From a virus (taxonomy: Duplodnaviria > Heunggongvirae > Uroviricota > Caudoviricetes): a stretch of 51,533 bases of DNA. A program made the position numbers and the translations under genes. The stretch is from the IMG/VR virus record IMGVR_UViG_2711768018_000019; one strand, 5' to 3'. A model generated the notes under the pieces. That model was not told the DNA's origin and did not search any database. It saw only the letters and a program-made list of their open reading frames with translations. How positions within the stretch are numbered: the stretch's first letter is position 1; every line of letters begins with the position of its first letter. Below are positions 1 to 7,917 of this stretch, piece by piece.

Positions 1-573
1 ATGTTTTGCGAAGAAAAAGTAGCTCAAATGGCTGCATACCTACTTCTTAAGCGAGGTGGGCGCATGGCATATCTGAAATTGATGAAGCTGCTCTATCTGT
101 CTAACCGCAAGTCGATTTTGAAGCATGGCAGGATGATCGGCGAAGATAGCCTTTACTCTATGAAATTTGGTCCAGTCATGTCGAATACGCTGAACTTGAT
201 TCGTGGTAAGGCTGAAGGTATTGGTGACTACTGGTACAACCTGATAGAGACGAACGGGCATGATGTGTTGTTGCGTTCAGATCCGAGGGAAATGGATGCA
301 GACGAGGTCTTTGATGAGTTGAGCCGTGCAGATATCCGGATTTTAGATGAAATCTATTCTCTGTATGGGCATATGAACCGATTTGATCTCGCAAACATGA
401 CGCATTTAGAAAGCGTTTGTCCAGAGTGGCACAATCCTGGCAATTCTCGTAAGCCTATAGACCTGAAAGAAATGCTGATCAGTGAGGGTAAAAGCGAGGA
501 TGAGGCTAATCGTATAATTGGCAAAATGGAAGAATCTCAGAAACTTAAGGAATTTTCTTTGCAATTATCATGA
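1..573 (+). CDS. Panacea-domain (DUF4065, SocA/GepA-like) protein, putative antitoxin; may be 5'-truncated by the window edge
   Basis: 190-aa ORF with an N-terminal motif (YLKLMKLLYL ... GEDSLYSMKFGPV) that I recall as typical of DUF4065/Panacea proteins. Its stop overlaps the next ORF's start (ATGA). Confidence 0.5.
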   Translation: MFCEEKVAQMAAYLLLKRGGRMAYLKLMKLLYLSNRKSILKHGRMIGEDSLYSMKFGPVMSNTLNLIRGKAEGIGDYWYNLIETNGHDVLLRSDPREMDADEVFDELSRADIRILDEIYSLYGHMNRFDLANMTHLESVCPEWHNPGNSRKPIDLKEMLISEGKSEDEANRIIGKMEESQKLKEFSLQLS

Positions 574-989
574 CGGATTATCAGCCATACAGGAAAGGAA
601 CTGTGCTTGCCCCAACTGGGCCATGCAATCATCTTCATGTGATTTGTAATGATCCTGTTTATTACCCCGTTAACGATTGTTATTGTGTTTTAGTTGTTAA
701 TATTTCTAGTATCAAGGATGGTGTCCCCCACGATCCGTCTTGCGTCTTGAATTCTGGTGATCATCGCTTTATCAAGCATCCAAGTTATGTTGTTTACGCT
801 GAAGCTATAATTTGGCGAGTGGATAACATGGTTAGAAAGCAGCGATCGGGTGAGATTTCCGTTCATGATGATATGCCAGAAGCTACATTCAATAGAATTC
901 TGGACGGTTTTGATATATCTGATGAAGTTACGCCAAAGAACCTTAAATTTAAAAATAAATATTGCGTATCATCTATTGATGATGAGTAA
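570..989 (+). CDS. Hypothetical protein, candidate toxin partner of the Panacea protein
   Basis: 139-aa ORF, Cys/His-rich, no family recognised. Start overlaps the upstream stop by 4 nt, which suggests translational coupling. Confidence 0.4.
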   Translation: MTDYQPYRKGTVLAPTGPCNHLHVICNDPVYYPVNDCYCVLVVNISSIKDGVPHDPSCVLNSGDHRFIKHPSYVVYAEAIIWRVDNMVRKQRSGEISVHDDMPEATFNRILDGFDISDEVTPKNLKFKNKYCVSSIDDE

Positions 990-1028
990 ACAACAGGAAT
1001 TGTTTCGGTATAGCTTCTGGAGTTTTCT

Positions 1029-1202
1029 ATGGAAGATCAAAAAGCAACCAAGCCACAGGTTAAGTTCGACACAATGAAAGCATTCGCAGGTATGGGTGCT
1101 GCTGTTGAAGTTCTGATGAAGGCTGCTCCTAATGCGTTCACTCACGCTACTGTCTCTGGTAAAGAGCAGCAGGGTAAGCTTCGTCGTCGCAAAGCAGCAT
1201 GA
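1029..1202 (+). CDS. Small hypothetical protein (57 aa)
   Basis: Short ORF (MEDQKATKPQVKFDTMKAFAGMGAAVEVLMKAAPNAFTHATVSGKEQQGKLRRRKAA) ending 20 nt before a strong hairpin terminator. Below the ORF-track length cutoff; coding status uncertain. Confidence 0.2.
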   Translation: MEDQKATKPQVKFDTMKAFAGMGAAVEVLMKAAPNAFTHATVSGKEQQGKLRRRKAA

Positions 1203-1221
1203 TCATAGCTGGTGCTTTTTG

Positions 1222-1247
1222 AAAACCCGCCTTTAGGCGGGTTTTTT
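1222..1247. terminator. Rho-independent terminator between convergent genes
   Basis: Stem cccgcc / ggcggg with loop ttta, followed by a T-run, and with an A-run on the other side (aaaacccgcctttaggcgggtttttt). Confidence 0.6.
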
Positions 1248-1249
1248 CT

Positions 1250-1531
1250 TTAGTGATGTTCTTTGCCCTTCTGTTTGCCTGTTCTGACCTGTTCCCACTC
1301 GATACGTCCTTCTTCTCGTCTTTTGTCTATGTATTCCGCAAGATCCTGAATATTGATGCAACGTTTTGCTTTTTGTGATGTACCGATGCGATATGTAGGT
1401 ACAGGCAACTTACAAGCGTTTGCTTTTGCTTCTGCTGTGGCTGGACTCATACCAAAGTATTTTTGACTAACTGCTGAGAGTTCAATGTTTGGGGTATTGA
1501 ATTCAGCCATCAGTAAAAACAAGGTATTCAT
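1250..1531 (-). CDS. PrtN-family (pyocin-activator-like) phage transcriptional regulator
   Basis: 93-aa ORF starting MNTLFLLMAEF and ending ...IQDLAEYIDKRREE, which matches my recollection of the PrtN/pyocin-activator family of small prophage regulators. Confidence 0.5.
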   Translation of the reverse strand: MNTLFLLMAEFNTPNIELSAVSQKYFGMSPATAEAKANACKLPVPTYRIGTSQKAKRCINIQDLAEYIDKRREEGRIEWEQVRTGKQKGKEHH

Positions 1532-1567
1532 ATCATTTCTCCATCATAACCGGCTGCACCCGGTGAG

Positions 1568-2401
1568 TTACTTATTCATTTCAATAATATTATTTTCTAT
1601 CATTGATTTATTTAAAACCAAAGAAGGAGCAAGATGGTTGTCTATTTTAAACAATGCATAACTTTTAAACTGTTGGTGATATCCGTAACTAATAAGGATG
1701 CTAGAAAAATCTCTTAATTCATCTTCTTTTAAAAAATTAAAATGAAATGGGTTGTCACCATTTATGAACAATGAAACATCTATTATGCAGTATTTCTCTC
1801 CGTTGTCATTTGCATAGAAAAAAATATAAGACATTCTGTTTGTTAAGACAATGCCATTAAATTTTCTTATGTCTGTAGCTATTTTGTTTTCCATGTTTGG
1901 TGCTACATATTTATTTTCAGAAATACATTTAATTTCATCTCCAGATGTCGTGATTATATAAAAATGAAACTTATCAGAAATATCTAACTTAACTACGCCA
2001 TCATTATTGTAAAGGCTGCTAAATTTTGGTGGTTCAACTTTTAAAGAATCATAGTTCTTTAAAAGAAGAGGGGAGTCAAATTTAATAACTTGTAGTATCC
2101 CTTTACCTTCAACCTCCATATTGATTGAAGATATAGCAATTGCATTATCTCTTTTATTATTCAGGATTATGGTTGATATATGCATGTCATATATTCTACT
2201 TGCATTTGCTGAATACGACACTGTCACCTTTTTTGATATTTTTTGCACGCCAAAATATATAGTGAAGGCAGCGGCAAGAATAGATAAGAATTTAATGTCA
2301 AATAAGGACCATAGCCACATTAGTTGCTCAATTGCTTCAGAGTTAATCATTTGCTTTACCATTATCGCTGTAATACAACACATGTGTGTATATATACGCA
2401 A
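1568..2401 (-). CDS. AT-rich hypothetical membrane-anchored protein (possible superinfection-exclusion or abortive-infection function)
   Basis: 277-aa ORF in a markedly AT-rich segment, with a hydrophobic N-terminal helix (FLSILAAAFTIYFGV) and a Lys/Asn/Ile-rich body. Exact start is uncertain among several Met codons. Confidence 0.45.
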   Translation of the reverse strand: MRIYTHMCCITAIMVKQMINSEAIEQLMWLWSLFDIKFLSILAAAFTIYFGVQKISKKVTVSYSANASRIYDMHISTIILNNKRDNAIAISSINMEVEGKGILQVIKFDSPLLLKNYDSLKVEPPKFSSLYNNDGVVKLDISDKFHFYIITTSGDEIKCISENKYVAPNMENKIATDIRKFNGIVLTNRMSYIFFYANDNGEKYCIIDVSLFINGDNPFHFNFLKEDELRDFSSILISYGYHQQFKSYALFKIDNHLAPSLVLNKSMIENNIIEMNK

Positions 2402-2538
2402 TGCAATTATTTTGCAAGTGCTTCATTTACTATCAATAGCTACGTCACGTTATTGTTTAATGGTTCTTTATAGGGGCGGCAATAGTTAAAATTATCGCTT
2501 CCGTAAATGCCCCCGCAGGGGCATTTGCAGTAATGAAA

Positions 2539-3363
2539 TCAGGCGGTGAAAGTACCAATAAAGGTTTCTACTTTGCTGTCTTTGAATTTCTCAACAAGCA
2601 GATCACGAAATTCGTTAGCCATTTCTTCCTGTACCGCTTCCAGCTGAATAATGCGCAGAACCAGTACAGGACGATCGCCAGTGATAATGCTGAGGCGTAA
2701 TTTAAACGGACGTTCTTTCAGACCTTCAAACGGAACGCATTTAAATTCAAATGCCACTGGCATAATGTCTTTGGTCTTCGCTTCGACAGACTCCATCAGG
2801 GAGCGTTTGCCGCTGAAGTCATTATCTTCAAAATCAGCGGTCTGGTTCGCTTCAATTGTGATTTTACGGATCGCCGCAGCCGCTTTGGTTGCCTGAATGG
2901 CGTCACCATTAGCATCAAAGCCCACAAGGTAGTCGGCCCAGTCTTCAATCCATTCTGCCAGTGACTTCTGGGAGTTACGCTCGCCATTAACAGACAACAG
3001 AGCAGAGAACGGAGCTGTCTTTTTCAGTTTGAGAGTGGCGGTGTTATCTGCGTGACCTGGTTCATCAATAGTACCCAGGTTAAGAACACTGACGGCACGC
3101 ATATTATCAGCATCGATAAAGCAGCGGGTGCCTTCATCTGCAAGATCTTTAGAATAACGAGTAAAGTCATCGATGCTGGCAGTGGAAAGCGCACCACGGA
3201 AACGGAAACGATTTAAATTTAATTTTTCCAGATCATGAATGCGGAAATTCTCAGGCAATGCCACAGCATCGGCACCAATCTTACTGATAATTTCATTAAC
3301 ACCCTGAGCAGAAATAAGGGCATGGATTTGATTAATTGCGGTTGCGTCTAAGTTCTGAGACAT
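2539..3363 (-). CDS. YfdQ-like DUF2303 prophage protein
   Basis: 274-aa ORF beginning [21 protein letters not shown]. Size and sequence match my recollection of the YfdQ/DUF2303 family of lambdoid early-left-operon proteins. Confidence 0.5.
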   Translation of the reverse strand: MSQNLDATAINQIHALISAQGVNEIISKIGADAVALPENFRIHDLEKLNLNRFRFRGALSTASIDDFTRYSKDLADEGTRCFIDADNMRAVSVLNLGTIDEPGHADNTATLKLKKTAPFSALLSVNGERNSQKSLAEWIEDWADYLVGFDANGDAIQATKAAAAIRKITIEANQTADFEDNDFSGKRSLMESVEAKTKDIMPVAFEFKCVPFEGLKERPFKLRLSIITGDRPVLVLRIIQLEAVQEEMANEFRDLLVEKFKDSKVETFIGTFTA

Positions 3364-3428
3364 AATAAGTCCTCACTATATAAAGATATTCAGTGATGAG
3401 ATAAATAATCGGTTAATTAAGAACGATA

Positions 3429-3791
3429 TTAATGACCTGCTGCGCGGAGTTTTCCGTCAGGTTCACCGGCAAGAGTCAGTAATTGTCCCTGGTCTTCCTG
3501 CAGAATAGTCAGGCGACCACCGCGATTGACATACATCGGCGTTTCGGTGGTGTCTTCTTCGGAAATTTTCCCGCGGTTAGTCGGGCGAACATATGAGAGT
3601 TTGTGTTTGATTTTCACACGGTTCTCATCAAATGGTTCGATTTCCAGGTTGAGTGAGACCTTACCTTTGGTTTTCGTGTTCATCACACCGGAAGCGACTT
3701 CACTGAGAACTGCGCCGATTTTGGTTTCAAATACGCCGCCGTCCAGCTCCCCAATAAATGCCTGCACATCAGTACTGCGTTCGCTAGCCAT
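3429..3791 (-). CDS. Hypothetical early-left-operon protein (121 aa)
   Basis: The ORF-track ORF 3429..3977 has an internal start (MASERSTDVQAF...) at 3791 preceded by an RBS-like aggagca; upstream ATGs lack an RBS. Gly/Glu-rich soluble protein. Confidence 0.4.
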   Translation of the reverse strand: MASERSTDVQAFIGELDGGVFETKIGAVLSEVASGVMNTKTKGKVSLNLEIEPFDENRVKIKHKLSYVRPTNRGKISEEDTTETPMYVNRGGRLTILQEDQGQLLTLAGEPDGKLRAAGH

Positions 3792-4410
3792 TTTGCTGCT
3801 CCTAATCATATCGACCCTGCAAGGTCGGTTGGTTTCTCCACAAAACAGAGAAGAACACCTGCGGTGGCAGCCGCCCGGATGGATTTGGTTATGAGCCCGT
3901 CGTCCGGTGATGCTCTTCTCTGTTTTGTAAAAAGAGCGGTACCAGCCGGAAGCAAGTGTACAAACTGGTACCGCCAAAGCAGTGGCTGTTGTGGTGACCG
4001 GTGCTGATCTCCGGCTTGCGGTTATTTCAGACTCTCACGGGCGTTTAATTGCCCCGCCGAACAGCTCTTTTCCGCATTAGCTGCAATGTCTTTCGCGCAT
4101 CAGCCTGCGCATTCACCACAACGCTGAGAGCACTTAGCCAGTTACGGCACCACACTTTGTCGCGGTTCCATAAATGTCCTCATCGTTGCACCCTGGTCTC
4201 TTCCCAGGCGTCAAACCGAATCGCCACGCTGGTTAGGCGTCTTATCAGCATCATCATTGACTTGCACATTCCGGCTACCTGGTTTGTTTGCCCGAGCAAG
4301 GAGTGGATTGTCCCCTTTAACGTCCCCAGACCGCTAACGACGCATGTGCCATACGCCGTGTTACAACCAAATTTTGTTTAATCTTGCCTGTGCTGTGTTT
4401 CTTTTAGATA

Positions 4411-4439
4411 CATTATGTATCCCAAAGGTACATTGTCAA
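4411..4439 (-). promoter_or_regulatory. pL-like leftward promoter with overlapping operator (OL)
   Basis: On the minus strand: -35 TTGACA (4439..4434), 17-nt spacer, -10 ATAATG (4416..4411). The palindrome ATGTATCccaaaGGTACAT (4415-4433) overlaps the spacer and shares the GGTACA half-site seen at OR. Confidence 0.5.
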
Positions 4440-4443
4440 GTAT

Positions 4444-4466
4444 AAAAAAACCTGCCGAAGCAGGTT
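4444..4466 (-). terminator. Rho-independent terminator downstream of the repressor gene
   Basis: Minus strand reads acctgcTTCGgcaggt followed by a 7-T run, 12 nt after the cI stop. Confidence 0.65.
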
Positions 4467-4477
4467 ATAAATATTGA

Positions 4478-5152
4478 TTAGGCCTTTATTATGTATCTTC
4501 TTGGTTTTCCTGAGAAAATCACTGTACCAATTATAGAGCAATTACCGTTAATCTTAATGTAAGGCTCAGGCCAGTTTGGGTTTAATGCTTTGAGATAACG
4601 CTGTGTTCCATCTTCTATCAACCGCTTGAAGGTGGTTTCGCCTGTATCGTGCATCAATGCAATAACGTCGTCACCGTGGCAGGCAGGGACTTCAGGATCA
4701 ACAAAAATCATGTCTCCCGGGCGGTACTCATCAATCATTGAATCACCAATCACCCGCAAGATATAAGTCATTTCGCCACAGGGTACAGGGCAGGGATAAG
4801 TTTCTGCTGTGCTCAAATCAACCTCAGAATAGCCAACTTCTTTCCATGCTCCGGCCTGTACCCATGATATGACAGGGACTAACGTTATTTGTTTGTTAGT
4901 GATTGAAACGTCAGGTTTTTTTGTGATGTTCGTTGTCTGGTGTTCTTGATCAAGCCATCCGACAGGCAGGTCGAAACATTTTTCGATGTGCCGTGCCATG
5001 CTGTCACCGATATTTTTAGTTGCACCATCTCCCATAAACCTGCTGGTCTGGGTTGGCTCGCGATCAATCATGGTGGCAAAGGAAGAATTCCCGCCAACAC
5101 CATCTCTCAGTTTTCTGGCGTTAGACCGCCGGATGTCATGGACTGTTTTCAT
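4478..5152 (-). CDS. cI: CI-type prophage repressor (HTH plus S24 LexA-like peptidase domain)
   Basis: 224 aa. N-terminal HTH region and a C-terminal S24 signature with Ser in GDSM (VIGDSMIDEYRPGDMIFVD) and a downstream Lys (TTFKRL). Divergent from the Cro-like gene across an operator region. Confidence 0.8.
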   Translation of the reverse strand: MKTVHDIRRSNARKLRDGVGGNSSFATMIDREPTQTSRFMGDGATKNIGDSMARHIEKCFDLPVGWLDQEHQTTNITKKPDVSITNKQITLVPVISWVQAGAWKEVGYSEVDLSTAETYPCPVPCGEMTYILRVIGDSMIDEYRPGDMIFVDPEVPACHGDDVIALMHDTGETTFKRLIEDGTQRYLKALNPNWPEPYIKINGNCSIIGTVIFSGKPRRYIIKA

Positions 5153-5242
5153 AAAGAAATTAAAACCTTTGTACCGATAAGGTACAAGTATCTTGAAGGT
5201 TCATCTCAATCATGTAATATGTATACCGGAGGTACATATTGT
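5153..5242. promoter_or_regulatory. OR region: operators with divergent pRM/pR promoters
   Basis: Perfect palindrome TTGTACCgataaGGTACAA at 5169-5187; second imperfect site GTATACCggaGGTACAT at 5221-5237. pR candidate: -35 TTGAAG (5193-5198), 16-nt spacer, -10 TAATAT (5215-5220), upstream of the Cro-like ATG at 5243. Confidence 0.55.
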
Positions 5243-5443
5243 ATGAAAGCGTATTGGGACTCTTTAACCAAAGAACAGCAGGGTGAGTTGGCCGGAAAAG
5301 TTGGCTCAACACCAGGCTACTTACGGCTGGTTTTCAATGGTTATAAAAAAGCCAGTTTTGTGCTGGCTAAAAAACTTGAGCAATGCACGTCAGGTGCAAT
5401 TACGAAATCTGACTTAAGACCGGATATCTATCCGAAAGATTAA
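5243..5443 (+). CDS. cro: Cro-like (YdaS-family) HTH regulator
   Basis: 66-aa ORF (MKAYWDSLTKEQQGELAGKVGSTPGYLRLV...SDLRPDIYPKD) with RBS ggagg. The HTH and C-terminal DLRPD motif are typical of YdaS/Cro-family proteins. Not in the ORF track because the 4940..5443 frame shadows it. Confidence 0.6.
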   Translation: MKAYWDSLTKEQQGELAGKVGSTPGYLRLVFNGYKKASFVLAKKLEQCTSGAITKSDLRPDIYPKD

Positions 5444-5474
5444 CAGAACACCTTCAATTTTTAACCACAGAACG

Positions 5475-6038
5475 ATGAGGCTAACCGTGGGTAAGCATCA
5501 CTGGAAAGTAGAAAAACAGCCTGAGTGGTACGTGAAAGCTGTCAGAAAAACTATCGCGGCGTTGCCGGGGGGTTACGCTGAAGCTGCTGAGTGGCTGGAT
5601 GTAACAGAGAACGCTTTATTCAACCGCCTTCGTGCAGATGGCGATCAGATTTTCCCGCTGGGATGGGCAATGATTTTACAGCGCGCGGCTGGCACTCACT
5701 ACATTGCGGATGCTGTCGCACAGTCTGCTGGTGGGGTGTTTGTATCGCTTCCTGAAATTGAGGAAGTAGAGAACGCCGATATAAACCAGCGCCTGCTGGA
5801 AGTCATCGAACAGATCGGGAGTTACTCAAAGCAGATTCGTTCGGCAATCGAAGATGGGGTAGTGGAGCCACACGAGCAGACAGCAATTAATGATGAGTTG
5901 TATCTGTCAATTTCGAAGCTCCAGGAGCATGCAGCACTGGTCTACAAAATCTTTTGCGCTCCAGAAAAGAGTGACGCCCGCGAGTGTGCAGCTCCGGGCG
6001 TCGTGGCGTTTTGTGTCTGTGGAGAAACTAACGCATGA
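5475..6038 (+). CDS. YdaT/CII-like early regulatory protein
   Basis: 187-aa ORF immediately after the Cro-like gene, which is the conserved YdaS-YdaT arrangement. Assignment rests on position and general resemblance only. Confidence 0.4.
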   Translation: MRLTVGKHHWKVEKQPEWYVKAVRKTIAALPGGYAEAAEWLDVTENALFNRLRADGDQIFPLGWAMILQRAAGTHYIADAVAQSAGGVFVSLPEIEEVENADINQRLLEVIEQIGSYSKQIRSAIEDGVVEPHEQTAINDELYLSISKLQEHAALVYKIFCAPEKSDARECAAPGVVAFCVCGETNA

Positions 6039-6871
6039 ACAGTTTAACGGCAAATAACCGTTTGTCGCAACAGCTGGTGGTCAGCGTCGCTGAACACCTG
6101 TTGTTACGGCATGAATGCAGATTACCAAATCACCTGGCTGTAAGTAACCACAGAGAACTTTACCTGACTGTGGGGGGCGAGTTGTGCAGGAACTTAACCG
6201 CTGGTTTCGTGACGGAAGAGGACTTTATGTTCATGTTATTCGTTGGGAGCCAGAAACACAGCGCGTTATCTATCTTCGCAAAGACTACCCGCATGAGTGC
6301 TTTAGTCCTTTGTGGAAATTCAGGCGTGATTTTGTTGAGTGTGAAGGACCACCAGCACATTGATTCTGCCATTCCGGGACGTTACACTGTTCAGGCACCT
6401 TATAAAGCGGGTGCCGGGATTGGCGTCCTGGAATTGATCAAGGCGATATATGACGCGCCAGCGTCTTTTTTATCGTCCGCATTTGCTCACATCAAAGTTA
6501 TGGTGGGCTGGGCGGGGGCATCGAAAGATGCGCCGGTTTCCTTGATCACCGGTTACGCCAACCCCGTTCAGTTCACCACCAGCGAAATTGGCGTTTCCGG
6601 TGGTGGAAGTATTTCACCGATCAAGGAGGCTGCCATCATGGCTACTGTCCCAGCCCTCACTCGTCTGAATGATGAAGACTTACATAAACTCAGTTATGTA
6701 ACAACTGCACTACGTGCTCTGCGCAAGGTAACTCTTTCGGATCCGCAGGCACATCAGGTTCTGGTAGAAACCCTTCTTAACTTGCAAGCTGAACGTATTC
6801 GTCTGGCGGATAAGGCTAATTTTCATATTCACCGTCTCCTGAATATCAGCGGAGGGCATCGTCATGCTTAA
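6035..6871 (+). CDS. Hypothetical protein; ORF may be composite or contain a frameshift
   Basis: 278-aa open frame. A GTG-initiated alternative frame (about 6186-6365, with GGGGGG RBS) encodes a more protein-like peptide, and an internal ATG at 6638 has a strong AAGGAGG RBS. Confidence 0.3.
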   Translation: MNSLTANNRLSQQLVVSVAEHLLLRHECRLPNHLAVSNHRELYLTVGGELCRNLTAGFVTEEDFMFMLFVGSQKHSALSIFAKTTRMSALVLCGNSGVILLSVKDHQHIDSAIPGRYTVQAPYKAGAGIGVLELIKAIYDAPASFLSSAFAHIKVMVGWAGASKDAPVSLITGYANPVQFTTSEIGVSGGGSISPIKEAAIMATVPALTRLNDEDLHKLSYVTTALRALRKVTLSDPQAHQVLVETLLNLQAERIRLADKANFHIHRLLNISGGHRHA

Positions 6872-7100
6872 TCCGTTGATCCTCAATATTTGCCGTTTGC
6901 TTCAGCGTAAAAAAATATCAATTCCTACAGTTGGGCAGTGGTACACCACGCCTGCAGGGCATGTTCTACGTGTTAGCCTGGTTGACCGTGAATGCCAGAA
7001 GGTGATTTGTGAACCGCTGGGCCGTAATTACCGCGTCAGTATGCCGCTTATAGCCTTTCGCTCCGGAAAAAACATGAAGCATCTCGGAGGTGCAGCATGA
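6864..7100 (+). CDS. Small hypothetical protein (78 aa)
   Basis: ORF overlapping the stop of the preceding ORF and the start of the following gene, as in tightly packed phage operons. Confidence 0.3.
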   Translation: MLNPLILNICRLLQRKKISIPTVGQWYTTPAGHVLRVSLVDRECQKVICEPLGRNYRVSMPLIAFRSGKNMKHLGGAA

Positions 7101-7915
7101 GTATGGAGCTGATGGTTAAAGCGATGAAAATTCGAGTGGGTAATCCATTGCGAAAACTGGTTCTGATCAAGCTGGCTGATAATGCCAGCGATCAGGGTGA
7201 GTGCTGGCCCAGCTACCAGCATATTGCTGACCAGTGCGAAATTAGCAAACGTTCTGTGATGAATCATATTGCGGCCCTTTGTGAGTCCGGGCTGGTAAAA
7301 AAAGTCACCCGGAAAGGTGAAAAAGGTAACTCAAGTAATATCTATCTCCTTCATCTGGATGGTGCAGGAGATTCACTAGGGGGTAGTGCAAATAATTCAC
7401 TATCTGGTGCAGCAAATTCACCAGGTAGTGCAGGAGTTGCACCAGGGGGTAGTGCAGGAGATTCACCCAGAACCAGTCACTCTTTTGAACCAGTCAAAGA
7501 ACCAGTCAATGAACCAATAGCTGTTGGTGCATCAGTTGATGAGTCCGTGCGAGTTCGTTCAAACCGACCGGAATACTCTCCGGAGTTTGAGCAGGCATGG
7601 CTGGCATATCCCAAACGTGCTGGTGGCAATTCAAAATCTGCAGCCTTCAAAGCCTGGAAAGCCCGTTTGAATGAGGGAGTAAACCCCGAAACCATGCTGG
7701 AAGGTGTGAAACGCTACGCGGGATGGGTATCTGCGATGGGTAACAGCGGCACACAATTTGTGAAACAGGCTGTCACGTTCTTTGGTCCGGATCGTCATTT
7801 CGAAGAATTCTGGGAAGTTCCTGCGGTATCTGCAGCCAGACGCGAGGACCCGTACTTCAAAGCCAGTTACGACAACGTGGACTACAGCCAGATCCCGGCA
7901 GGATTCAGGGGGTGA
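7097..7915 (+). CDS. Replication initiation protein (HTH_36 / O-like replisome organiser)
   Basis: 272 aa with RBS ggagg. N-terminal winged-helix region, a low-complexity linker encoded by iteron-like DNA repeats, and a conserved C-terminal region. Sits in the lambda O position. Confidence 0.55.
   Translation: MSMELMVKAMKIRVGNPLRKLVLIKLADNASDQGECWPSYQHIADQCEISKRSVMNHIAALCESGLVKKVTRKGEKGNSSNIYLLHLDGAGDSLGGSANNSLSGAANSPGSAGVAPGGSAGDSPRTSHSFEPVKEPVNEPIAVGASVDESVRVRSNRPEYSPEFEQAWLAYPKRAGGNSKSAAFKAWKARLNEGVNPETMLEGVKRYAGWVSAMGNSGTQFVKQAVTFFGPDRHFEEFWEVPAVSAARREDPYFKASYDNVDYSQIPAGFRG
7360..7520. repeat. Iteron-like direct repeats inside the replication gene (candidate origin)
   Basis: Repeated units ggtgcaggagattcac (7361-7376 and 7452-7467), ggtagtgca(gga) several times, and three copies of gaaccagtca at 7470-7510. 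Confidence 0.45.
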
Positions 7916-7917
7916 TC

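Noticed and set aside
2498-2524. Hairpin aaatgcccccgcaggggcattt downstream of the YfdQ-like gene, as a terminator
   Set aside because: It has a good stem but no clear T-tract on the relevant (minus) strand, so it was not called as a rho-independent terminator.
4049-4381. 110-aa plus-strand ORF in the pL leader
   Set aside because: Antisense to the direction of pL transcription, no RBS, Arg/Ser/Thr-rich low-complexity translation.
7360-7520. Possible CRISPR array (short direct repeats)
   Set aside because: The repeats are imperfect, have no regular spacer periodicity and lie inside a coding gene, so they are better explained as origin iterons. No CRISPR array or cas genes are evident anywhere in the window.
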